Assembly (NCBI GenBank): GCA_964187785.1
Contig: OZ076414.1
Coordinates: forward strand, 27,838,001-27,902,000
Source of the DNA: Amphiscolops sp. MND2022
Lineage: Eukaryota
Direction of reading: 5' to 3'
Length of the DNA: 64,000 bases
The notes under the pieces are model-generated. The model saw only the letters and a list, made by a program, of their open reading frames with translations, had not been told where the DNA came from and searched no databases. Positions 37,381 through 48,365 of this stretch are shown piece by piece. Position 1 is the stretch's first letter, and every line of letters starts with the position of its first letter. A program made the position numbers and the translations under genes.

Positions 37381-38777
37381 TAAGTACATCGAGTATCTCC
37401 CTTTGGAATCGAATTGTAAGTTTTCGGATCTCTGAAGTTATAATCTCTTCTTTCAAAGATGCTCTGTGTCCTCGCTATTTGCGACACTTGGTTATCTATA
37501 ATTCAGCGGGGTAATGGCGATTTCGTACTTGAAAAAAATTTTAACTTCTACTGGAATATCTGCAGTGGGACAAATAGTTTTCTTTTCCTGGACAGCTTTC
37601 CATTTTTGACAACTGGTTTTGGGGAAATGAATATCAGATAGTTCGAATTGTCCAATGGTAGTACGTGACAATTCACATATTTTTTCAATTGGAAGAAACC
37701 GACTAATATCATTATGATGAATGTTGGTAATCAAATGTAAACAATTACATTTGACATTAGTTTTTCTTCTGTGGATTCTACCAATTCCTAGTTGAATTAA
37801 GAATTTTAATCGAATGGTATTGAGATCCTATAACCATCTCCCGAATATACTAGGATGATTTACCTATAGAAAGTCTTAACATGGTGTTTATGTATTACAA
37901 TCAAGATAGGATATTCTACCTGGTGTTAAGTATTCCGTGTACAGACAAAAGCGCCCCAGACAAAGGCGCCCCAGATAAACGCGCCCCTATGCAAAACGTT
38001 TTTACTAATTTTTGAGTTGATTTCACTACCTCTAATTAGGCTTAATTGAAGGTGTTCAAAGACAAAGTTAACTCAATGGTAATGCCAGATTTCACATTCT
38101 CACACTTTAAAAAACTCAATTGGTTATCATGCGACACTTGGTTATCTATAATTCAGCGGGGTAATGGCGATTTCGTACTTGAAAAAAATTTTAACTTCTA
38201 CGGGAATATCTGCAGTGGGACAAATAGTTTTCTTTTCCTGGACAGCTTTCCATTTTTGACAACTGGTTTTGGGGAAATGAATATCAGATAGTTCGAATTG
38301 TCCAATGGTAGTACGTGACAATTCACATATTTTTTCAATTGGAAGAAACCGACTAATATCATTATGATGAACGTTGGTAATCAAATGTAAACAATTACAT
38401 TTGACATTAGTTTTTCTTCTGTGGATTCTACCAATTCCTAGTTGAATTAAGAATTTTAATTGAATGGTATTGAGATCCTATTACCCTCTCCCGAATATAC
38501 TAGGATGATTTACCAATAGAAAGTTTTAACATGGTGTTTATGTATTACAATCAAGATAGGATATTCTACCTGGTGTTAAGTATTCCGTGTACAGACAAAA
38601 GCGCCCCAGACAAAGGCGCCCCAGACAAACGCGCCCCTATGCAAAACGTTTTAACTAATTTTTGAGTTGATTTCACTACCTCTAATTAGGCTTAATTGAA
38701 GGTGTTCAAAGACAAAGTTAACTCAATGGTAATGCCAGATTTCACATTCTCACACTTTACAAAACTCAATTGGTTAT

Positions 38778-40508
38778 TGTCGCAGGCTGCCGCCTGTGAT
38801 GGCACTTTAATAACGACTTCAGCAGCCAGTCAAGAGATAATTCCCGGAACCCTACCAACATTTTGAACAGGTTTACGCTAAACTCTAAAAACTCACTCCC
38901 AATATTTATGTTTGCCTAGATCAATTACATTTTTATTATGATACAATGCGTATTAGTCTGTTAATAATACATTAGACAAGTGAAGTTGCAAGTTGTAAAA
39001 TAACAATGCTCAATGTAAATTATAGTTCAACGCAAGCTACTAAACAGCTTAAAGGAAATGAGTTCGAGTGTATGTAGCTTTCAGTCCGAAAGCGTCACTT
39101 GAGCCTAATGTACCAACCAATCATATTCGAGTATTTCATGGTGCTATGCTGCTTTAATCAATTGGCCGGATATGGCCGTTTGTCTTAATGGTGCATTAAT
39201 TAGTTGGAATACTAGGCAGATGGCCGGATTAGGCTTTTCTTTGGTCATTGTTGCAACTTATTGTATTAATAATGTTGTAGTGCTCAATAGTCATGTAAGC
39301 TCTCTCTTTACACCTGAAGTTAATAATTAGTGCCTTTACGTTCTTTGAAACAAATAGTACCCCCATACCAACCCAATTATTAGTACCAATCTTTTGGACT
39401 AACTAGGTTATTCGCTCTGAATGAATTAAAGTCCAATGGCCGATTTAGGACATGTTGTGTTTTGTTTCGTGATTGACGCTAAAGCTACTCGTTTGTTGCA
39501 ACGGCCGACGTTCGTAGGCACGTGGCAGCATTCCGTGATGAACATTCCTTAGATAGTTGTGTTATGTTATTTGTTTGATGTTTGTTGCCGATGATACTCA
39601 ACTATGATGACGTATAGTAATATCGTTGATGTTTTCAAATGGAAAGATATAATCTCGTGACCCTAACAAGTATGAATTCCTAGAGTTCTTTGATAAGGTG
39701 CTAACCGCCTCATTTTAACCGTTGTTGTGCCCTAACCTTGTGACTTAAGGAATTTGTAAATTGCGGGTATTATATCAAAATGTGTAAATTCCATTCTCTC
39801 GGAAGTATATATACCTACCCGTTCCGAGAGGTGGACACAATTGCCTTTATGATACTCAAACTTAGTTTGTTTCGCTTTTATAGATTGCAAACCTAGACCA
39901 CCAATAAACTATTCATTCTCGAGTTCTTAATGCCTACTACGATAAGACAAAAGAAGGCTAGAAAGTCAAGAGGAATAGAAATGCTATCTGACATAGAAAA
40001 CCTCGACATTATGTTAGGGGAAAACCATTTTGGTAGAAATGGGAGAGATGAAAGTGTTAGCAGTAATTTTGGCAGAAGGCCTGGTAGTACATCTGCAGAC
40101 GAATTAGAGAATAATGGTGAGAATAGAAACTCAGCCACAAGAGACCTGATAACAATGCCGATTATGGCCAGATTTCAACTGGAGGTAATTCTAGTGCTGA
40201 GATTAACAAGTTGTCTAGTGAGTTGAACTCGAGATTGTCGAGGGAGTTAGATGATATGATGTGTAGTGTCAATTCCCAGATTCAAAGGGCGATTAGTGAT
40301 GCAATCAGCAATCAGATATTGCCCCAGATCCAGTCCGCCTTAAGTGCCGGATCGGGACACTCGACTCAGAGTAGATGGAACGTTTCGTCCGAGAGACCGG
40401 AAGTATATTCCGAAGGACTGCAAAACAGTAACCCTAAGGACAGTTCAACTAGTAAGCCTAATTGTAATCACCAAAATGATGGCGTAGTAGAGTCTAATGC
40501 TTACGACA
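38778..40508 (+). mobile_element. Solo LTR, 1731 bp
   Basis: TGTCG...CGACA inverted termini, perfect 5-bp TSD GTTAT (38773-77, 40509-13), AATAAA at 39903; no internal gag-pol. Confidence 0.9.
39930..40508 (+). pseudogene. LTR-encoded ORF (~193 codons, one frameshift) running out of the LTR 3' end
   Basis: ORFs 39930-40226 and 40211-40537 join with one frameshift downstream of 40126: MPTTIRQKKARKSR...SSELNSRLSRELDDMMCSVNSQIQRAISDAIS...ESNAYD. Confidence 0.7.
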
Positions 40509-41580
40509 GTTATCATGCGACACTTGGTTATCTATAATTCAGCGGGGTAATGGCGATTTCGTACTTGAAAAAAATTTTAACTTCTACGGGAATATCTGCA
40601 GTGGGACAAATAGTTTTCTTTTCCTGGACAGCTTTCCATTTTTGACAACTGGTTTTGGGGAAATGAATATCAGATAGTTCGGATTGTCCAATGGTAGTAC
40701 GTGACAATTCACATATTTTTTCAATTGGAAGAAACCGACTAATATCATTATGATGAATGTTGGTAATCAAATGTAAACAATTACATTTGACATTAGTTTT
40801 TCTTCTGTGGATTCTACCAATTCCTAGTTGAATTAGGAATTTTAATCGAATGGTATTGAGATCCTATAACCATCTCCCGAATATACTAGGATGATTTACC
40901 TATAGAAAGTCTTAACATGGTGTTTATGTATTACAATCAAGATAGGATATTCTACCTGGTGTTAAGTATTCCGTGTACAGACAAAAGCGCCCCAGACAAA
41001 GGCGCCCCAGACAAACGCGCCCCTATGCAAAACGTTTTTACTAATTTTTGAGTTGATTTCACTACCTCTAATTAGGCTTAATTGAAGGTGTTCAAAGACA
41101 AAGTTAACTCAATGGTAATGCCAAATTTCACATTCTCACACTTTACAAAACTCAATTGAAAACGACTTAAACTGCTAATTTTGTTGCACTATTTTATTAA
41201 TGAACTGCATTATTTTATTAATGAATCAATTCGTCAATACATTAAATACTAATCATTATTTAATTGGAGTGAGGAACTTGAAATTATTGATGGAAAAGAA
41301 TTAGCAAATCCTCTGTAGTTGTAACGATAAGCGCTGGCGCTTGAACCGCAACTTAGAGTGGAGGAACTAGAACAGCGAATATAATCTGGGACCTAGATCT
41401 CCGCGGCCCTAGCTCGTTTTCCCTCCGAAGGAGCCAGTCCCAAGGTGGGGGAACCGTCTTGTAGGACGCTCTCTGGCCTGGTCCCAGTCTGTAACTGCTG
41501 AGAATAACGGGCATCCGTCTCGGCCCTTTGCCTGGGACCACCGTTTAGACAGCCTTTAAAAACAATGCCAAGTATAAACA

Positions 41581-43360
41581 GTGTAAATTTCCATCTTCCA
41601 CCTGATATCGGAAAAATATCTAAAATGGGGAATAAGATCTAAAATTGCACAAACCAGCGCTGGCGCTAGTTCAAACGGCTAAATCCAGCAGAAATACATC
41701 AAAGCACACATCGGAATGGCAAACCACACAGCTAAAAAGCTGGGGCGCAGGGGCTCCAAGCACCAAACAAGGACAATTAAGCGAAAAGACTCATTTTACC
41801 GGTTTCTGCTACATAGGGTAGCATAATGCTGAAAATCGATAAAACCGGTGTTAGCACCTCAAAAAGAGTCTATATTCGGATGTTCTTGCCGTCTCTGGCT
41901 TCTGTCATGGCGGCGCGCCCGTGTTTTTGCTCGTTCTTACTCTTTGTTGTCGAAGTACCTGCCAATTTCGTGGAAACAGCGAAAAGAGCAATCACATGCT
42001 CAGTGCCACGTCACACATCGGATTAGAATTTTTGACAAAATTTCTGAACATGTCAAAGTTGCAAAATCGGTTGATATTGCTGTACCAGAGCTTGCCGATA
42101 CAAGTCTTTGATTGGGCGCTGCTTATGACTGGGGCGCTTTTGACTGCGTATTTTGGGCGCTTTTGACTGAGGGGCTTTTGTCTGGTAACTAAGTTTTCAT
42201 TTCAACAAGAGGCAGTGTCATTGCTATGTTTTTCGCATTCCGTCACAAGACACCTTTCGGAAAAATCGAACACTTCCATACATATGAAAAAGAAAAGGTA
42301 ACAGAAACAAGTTCCTGCATATAGAATTCCACAATAGAAATTTCAAAATGAGTCTTTTTCACTGCCTCCAGCTTGGCAAAATTTAATCGGAAACGGGTTT
42401 ATGATGAATCAATTTGAAACAAGTCGGAATGGGTCCCAGTCGGCCCAGGTTTTAGGCTCCAAAAAGACAAATTCTTTTAGGAGTACCAAAAAAGAACCCA
42501 AGAGGGAATCCATGAGACTCGAAAAATTCTTCTCTGAAAAGATCAAAAAACCCGGAACTGCAGTGAAAAAATTTCACAAAACCTTTCTTTGAAGTCGCAT
42601 AGTGCGAAAGAACCGAAAAGGGACCCTCCAGGACCTCGAACGCGTTTTCCTTGCTAAACAATCAAATAAAATCAATAAAAGTTTTTGGAAAAAGAAAAAT
42701 GTTTTCGAAAGAAGTCGCACATTGCCAAATGAAAACCAAAACGGGGATCTTTTGGTCTAGTCTTCTTTTGCAAAGTTGAAAAAAAAATCAACACAGCGCG
42801 GGATTTGAATTCACTTACACCTGCTTCCTGTGCACTTCAGCATGTTCAGAATCACTCTTGAACCACTGTAACGGCACCCTCTGGTACAGCCGATTTAGCA
42901 ATTTTGACATGTTCAGAAATTTTGTCAAAAATTCTACTTCGATGTGTGACGTGGCACTGAGCATGTGATTGCTCTTTTCGCTGCTTTCGCCATTTTCAAT
43001 GCAAAACAAGGACAAGAGCAGACAGAGCGAGAACACAGAGAATGACATGGGCTGAGAGCCCAAAAAGACTGTGAAAACTCATAAAAAGACTATTTTGGTG
43101 CTTATACCCGGTTTTTATCGATGTTCAGCATTATGCTACCCTATATAGCGGGAACCGTTGAAATGAGTCTTTTCGCCTAAAGATCCTTGCTAGGTACTTG
43201 GAGTCCCTGCGTCCCAGCGTGTAGTTGTTTGGTTCGCCATTTTCATGCGTGCTTTGGTGTATTTTCACTGGTTTTATCTAGCTCAAGCGCTAGTTTTGGC
43301 AGTTTTAGTTACCATTCCTGATTTTAGATACCGATGTCACCCTGATTTGGAAATATACCC
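41581..43360. repeat. Pair of diverged ~500-bp inverted repeats (~41581-42095 and ~42880-43360)
   Basis: Shared blocks in opposite orientation, e.g. CAGCGAAAAGAGCAATCACATGCTCAGTGCCACGTCACACATCG and GGGTAGCATAATGCTGAA.ATCGATAAAA. Confidence 0.8.
42418..42800 (-). mobile_element. DINE-1/HINE-like repeat, partial member (5' boundary approximate)
   Basis: Minus strand ends GGGCCGACTGGGACCCATTCCGACTTGTT; contains an AGGGTCCC subrepeat. Confidence 0.55.
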
Positions 43361-43768
43361 TATTCTTGGTTTTGTTTTTATGTGCTAGTTAAGCGGTTTT
43401 CTTTAGAGAGTCAGAAAGATACCCGTTACTATTAGCAATTAAATACTAGGACCGGCTGGATAGTATTCGTCAAAGCACCCACGGCCCCAGGACATATTTT
43501 ACCCCTTGTGGCAAAATGGATATGTGGTAACGGGCGCCTGTCCCGAGAGATTCACCCATTTCCTCAAATTCCTCCACCTGTGAGCGCGTTAAGCGACCGA
43601 TAACAACTTGCCGTTACACACTACGTCAAATGGAATGTACTTTCCAACATTCATCTAGTAGTTTTTTTGGAAGGTGGTTTTATAATAATTATTAACAATC
43701 AATTAAAAATCAATTATATAACAGTTTGTATTTGAAATCTTTTAGTATGTTGGTTTTCATTTGATCTA

Positions 43769-44237
43769 CATTACAGTGCCAAAAGTGGGTTAGCACACTT
43801 TTGTGCTATTAAGTCACCGAAATCCACTGACGTATTATTAAACATGTATTTCACTGATTTTCAGTGGATTCCGCTGTAGCCTGTTTTGGATTCCACTAAC
43901 ATATCTAGCTAATGTACAAAAATGTGTGCACCGAAATCCACTGCTTTTCACTGCCAACTGATTGAACCAATCGCGTCAGCTTATTTAAACTTTCAGCGTT
44001 CAGTGGAATCCACGGCAGTGTTTAGTGGAATCCACTGCAAGATCCGAATGTTTAAGGTATTTGATAGTGGAATCCAATGCTTTGCAGCGAAATTCACTGC
44101 AGAAAAATCGCCAAAAGAGTGGAATCGACTGCAACGTAACAGCATTTGTTAGTGGATTACGCTGCACGCTTTCCAAAACTGCCGTCCAGCGAAAAACGCT
44201 GCAAAAATTCAAAATACCTACTTTTGGCACTTTAATG
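43769..44237. mobile_element. 469-bp MITE with GTGGAATCCAC-type subterminal repeats
   Basis: 22-bp TIR CATTA(C/A)AGTGCCAAAAGT(G/A)GGT with 2 mismatches, TA on both flanks, multiple AATCCACTG/CAGTGGA(A)TCC units. Confidence 0.85.
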
Positions 44238-44605
44238 TACTCAACGTTCGAATAAAATCTGAACATTGAAGCTGAAATTGGTGATGAAAAAAATCAATAC
44301 TTTAGAACGGCTTTCCTCAAATTTAAGACGTTGCCAAAATTAGACGTAATTTGGCTCATTGCGGAAATTATGAGGCATGACTTACTATGAGAGAAGTTCC
44401 AGGATCTTTCCAATCCAAAAAACAGACTAGAGACTTCCAACAACAGAACTGGGAACTTTCTTCGTCACCGTAGGTTAATCTACAGGATATTTACTTATAA
44501 GATCGCAAGTTCCAAAGTGAACCAATCCAGTTTTTTTTTTAAAACTGAAGCCTATTCAAGCCCCTACTCTATGCTCGTCCTTTTGAGAACTAACAGAACA
44601 CTTGC

Positions 44606-45170
44606 TGTGATAATCTTCTTCTGCACAGACTTCGTTTATAATTACAGTGTCATCTAAGTCGAGATTTTGGAATGGAAACTGTTTGAATTGGAGTTCTAAA
44701 CTCATTTGTCTCTGATGGCTTGAAAGGATTACCCTGTACGCTGTTTTCTTGATTTTCGGAATTAGATGCATTTACTTCACCGTCATCATTGCGTGTGTGT
44801 TTGGGTGTTTCTATTCTCGACGTAGTTTTTCCGTTTTTTTTCTGCTAGGAATTGATTTGGTTCATCTACTGTTTTTCACTTACCTCATCATTTTTTCTGA
44901 CTCATCATTCATCTCTTTTCTTAATTCTGCCATTTCTTAATGTGTGTTATCTGTTACTCTTTGTGTTAATACTTACATCTCATTCTCATTTTGTGTAGGA
45001 TCAGTTGAAACTGCTTCCCTGTCCCCAACTGAACTAACTTTGTCAAAATTACTAAGAGTTTCATCCATATTCTCATTACCTTGCGATGCTTCTGCTTCTG
45101 AAGCGCTCAGGTCTCTCTCAAGCGAGGGTGATTGTCCTCGTCTGGATCTCCTATTTCTTTTGTTACCCAT
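44606..45170 (-). pseudogene. LTR-encoded ORF (~188 codons, decayed) running out of the LTR 3' end
   Basis: MGNKRNRRSRR...EMAELRKEMNDESEKMM...NPFKPSETNEFRTP...NLDLDDTVIINEVCAEEDYH, reconstructed across several stops and about 2 frameshifts. Confidence 0.65.
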
Positions 45171-46136
45171 CTCAGCTTCTCAGTTAGGTTAAAATGATGT
45201 TTGTTGGAGAGAAGAATTTCAACTAAGTTAGAAGATGAAATGAAGTAGAGTTGGAAACAATGTTGAGAAAGTCATACATAATATCAGATAACTAAGATAA
45301 AATAGAGATTGTGATGAGATAAACTGCGAAAAGATACTCCCAAAGAGATAAAAAATAGTAAGTCTGATCGGTTTGAAGTTTTTTAGGGCATGACTTTTCA
45401 TGGGGTTTTCTAACTATCCTATTTATCGGGGTCTATTTTTGGTAGCGTGACTGTCGTTTTTTAGAAATCATTCCTACATCATCATTCCGTGATTTCCAAA
45501 AAATAGCGCCCCGTTATTTTACTTGTTACAAAAATAGGTTCTAACATGACATGATATTTATAAAAAGAATCATGCATGACGTAATCAACTGCCGTTTGAT
45601 TGTCTACAACATATACCGCAACGTTATCAAAACTGTTAATGAAAATGGATTTAATGTACAGTATAACGCATTACTCTAATATATCGTACAATGCTGATTG
45701 CATTGAAATGAATACATATGAGTCGTACTGCTAAAGAGTTACGTTGAAAGTATTGAAGCAATTAGATTATCCTGCATTATACTGCAAGCTTAATGCGGCA
45801 ATCAGAATAAATATTTAGGTTAGGTATGCATTTTGCTCGTACAAAGAGTGCGTATATTTATTCATTTCACTAGTAAATGAACAGAATAGCATCGTGTGCC
45901 AAGTGAATGTTTAATTTGCACTGTGTGTGTTTGCACACTGTCTAGCATCAATGGTGGGATTTACTCAGTATAAGTGTCAAACAAATTCTAACATTGCTGG
46001 TGTTTAAATATCACAAATGAATTTACATGACGTAAATTTGAAGAGACAATAAGTTTTGGTTAAGTTTCTGCCGACGGGTTGAAGTATTTGGCCCAATGTT
46101 GCATTCCGGACCCGACGCAAGCTCTTGGCTGCGACA
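44606..46136 (-). mobile_element. Solo LTR, 1531 bp (different family from 38778-40508)
   Basis: Minus strand TGTCGCAG...TATCACA, perfect 5-bp TSD CTTGC (44601-05, 46137-41). Confidence 0.9.
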
Positions 46137-46146
46137 CTTGCAACAC

Positions 46147-46429
46147 CCCTGGTAGACAATAAATGAGTTCCTTGCAAGAATCTTTCAAGACTCTTTCAAG
46201 ATTTTGCAAGATAATACATTTTTCATTCGATTTTCTGACCAAATCTTGCAAAATCCGTGCTCAAAAGGCATTCCTAGCAAAATCTATAACTTCATTTTGC
46301 AAAGATCTATCTTTTTTTGCAAAATATTGCAAGAATAACATTTACTTGCAGGATTTTTTTCAAGAAATGCAATATTTGCAATGATCTTGCAAGATCCTTG
46401 CGAAAGGCTTGCATTTTTTTCAACCAGGG
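46147..46429. mobile_element. ~283-bp MITE with TTGCAA palindrome array
   Basis: Termini CCCTGGT...ACCAGGG with further imperfect pairing; about eight TTGCAA/CTTGCAAG units; TSD not clear. Confidence 0.7.
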
Positions 46430-46974
46430 GCGGAATTAACAACGAAAACGACAAAGTTGTTATAACTGGATTGCCGAATACAGGAAAACAAGATATCGTT
46501 GACGAAATGATCGAAGAAAGAACTGTTGAAAACATCAGAGAATTTGGTGAACAAGTCCAACTGTCAAAATTCGGCAATGGGTACCGAAATATGGATATTC
46601 TTGAACAAGGGCCTAGATGCCGGAGTATACATTTAATGATTCAGAGTTTCAGACATGACGAAGTTGATGGTATAATTCTTGTAGTTGACAGCTCTCAACC
46701 CTGGTGCCCTCAAGAAACTGATGAATATACTCGTATTTTTTCGAACATTCATCTGAGGTTCAAACCAATCCTAATTTTTGCCAACAAACAAGATTTACCC
46801 GCCGCTAGGACACTGCCTGAGATTATTGAGAGTTCGGGGATGTTGTTGCAGAACCAGAGACTTTGGCATATTCAGCCATGTTCAGCCAAAACGGGAGAAG
46901 GCATCCAAGAAGGTTTCTTGGAACTGTCCAGAATGATCGGTTACCACAAAAAAATTAAAAACCCAAGTTTATAG
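46381..46974 (+). CDS. Divergent Arf/Arl-family small GTPase-like protein (uninterrupted ORF; true start uncertain)
   Basis: KVVITGLPNTGKQ (G1-like), DGIILVVDSS, PILIFANKQDL (G4), WHIQPCSAKTGEGIQEGF (G5, Arf-typical); AATAAA at 47175. The first ~16 codons lie inside a MITE. Confidence 0.85.
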   Translation: MILQDPCERLAFFSTRGGINNENDKVVITGLPNTGKQDIVDEMIEERTVENIREFGEQVQLSKFGNGYRNMDILEQGPRCRSIHLMIQSFRHDEVDGIILVVDSSQPWCPQETDEYTRIFSNIHLRFKPILIFANKQDLPAARTLPEIIESSGMLLQNQRLWHIQPCSAKTGEGIQEGFLELSRMIGYHKKIKNPSL

Positions 46975-47773
46975 ACTCCAGGGAGATGAATATAGTTTTC
47001 GATGACAAGTTTCTGTAAAGACTGCAGCCAAAAGTGTATGAGTGTATACTGGTTTGGGTAATTTAATGTAGATATCTTCGTCCTTTCTCTACCATGATAG
47101 TTTTCATATAGTAATCATACCTTTTACTTTGTCTTTTCATATGTAAAATTGTATAATTTTTAAATTCACATAACAATAAAAAACGTAAAAGGTTGGTTTT
47201 AGAAACAAAAACTCATTTAAAAAAAGACATCAAGAAATTCTAAATTGAACATTTTTCACAGAATTTTAATATTGAGGTTGATGAGGTTTTGAGCAGGATA
47301 TGAATGCTTTCCATAGGGAGAATTAGGTTGAAACTGTTTAGATCAAAACTATTTTTGTATTTGTGTTCACTGTTTTTCTCCTTGTGGAAACTTTGCACTG
47401 TTTATTTGTCAAATAGTCATAAATTTCATTGAATAAATACAAAGAGGAAATTGTACAGAGAAAGGTCAAATTGTAAAGAAAACAAAGACCAATAGTATTT
47501 CGTCGAGCTTTCAATACAACTTGTTGTGCACTTTTGGATCGGCGGCCAAACTGCTGGAATCATTTTACGTCGGTAGTTTTTGTAACCAAACATGATCGAC
47601 TTTTGGAGTGACAAGTCTCTTTTGCTTTTTAGTTAACGTTGTTTGAAGATAAAGACCCAACTATCACAGTGTTTTGATTTTTTCTCCCGTGTTAGTCTCA
47701 CGCTGATCTGTCCATTTTTTGTTCAAACTGTTTTAGCTTAGCTAGTGGTTTCATACCGTACTGGAACAAGTCT

Positions 47774-48365
47774 AACAAGGCGGGAACGTCTAAAGTCGGC
47801 GCTATATCTAAGGCTCAGAAGACGCAAAGATTTTAACATTGTAAAAGGGGGGACCCTTTAGACTTTTTCAAATCCAGTTTGTTGCAAAATATCAAAAAAA
47901 GTTGAGGGGGGACCCTTTGGAGACATTAAAAAATATTTAGAAATTTTTGAAAAAAAATTCGAAAAAAAAAACGAAAAATGAGATTTTTGAAACAGTCTCA
48001 TAGTGCCGAAAAACTGTAAAGGGGAGACCCTTTGGGCTTTTTGAAACTTCAGTTTGTTGCAAAATATCAAAACACTTGAAGGGGGACCCTTTGGCGACGA
48101 AAAAATTCGGTCGCACAGTGCCGAAAAAAAATTCAAAGGGGACCCTGTAGTCCCGTCCGGTTTTGTATCTTACGTTAAAAATTGAGTACACGAAAGGAGA
48201 CCCTTTGCTCTAACTTAGATGCGATTCCGCTTGCCGGTCTAGTACTTTAGTAGTTCTGTGAAAAGTGCCCACTACCCATAAATTCTGTGGTCTGACGAAA
48301 CAAAAAGAAAAAAACTTGCCACTGTAATAGTCGGGCTCATTTTGATAAAATGTGCCGACTGAAAA
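47774..48365 (-). mobile_element. DINE-1/HINE-like repeat, full-length member
   Basis: Minus strand starts TTTTCAGTCGGCAC...GAGCCCGACTATTACAGT, has AAGGGTCCCC subrepeats, inverted GCGCCGACT (47794-47802) and CCCGCCTTGTT end. Confidence 0.7.

Larger units (their letters stand above)
29656..37781 (+). repeat. Head-to-tail tandem duplication of ~4.04 kb (29656-33692; 33693-37781)
   Basis: CTAAGGGACGACGCTATTGG restarts at 33693 directly after ...GTGGATTCTAC; each unit carries the same Tc1, MITE and flanks, with scattered SNPs and indels. Confidence 0.95.
37481..41158 (+). repeat. Three-copy tandem array of a 650-bp unit, interrupted by a solo LTR
   Basis: GCGACACTTGGTTATCTATAATT at 37481, 38131 and 40517; removing 38778-40513 (LTR plus one TSD) restores exact 650-bp spacing. 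Confidence 0.95.

Noticed and set aside
37478-37491. TGCGACACTTG shared between the 650-bp unit start and the end of the 44606-46136 LTR plus TSD
   Set aside because: An 11-bp match with no further homology and no matching LTR partner end; treated as coincidence.
32058-37514. Pro/Val/Gly/Arg-rich ORFs (PPVVT, HRWPP repeats)
   Set aside because: Translation artefacts of the CCACCGGTGG arrays, open in several frames at once.
37492-40770. 80-aa minus-strand ORF present in all three 650-bp units
   Set aside because: Conservation reflects recent duplication; the partial copy at ~33400-33690 is frameshifted, the start is non-ATG and no domain is recognisable.
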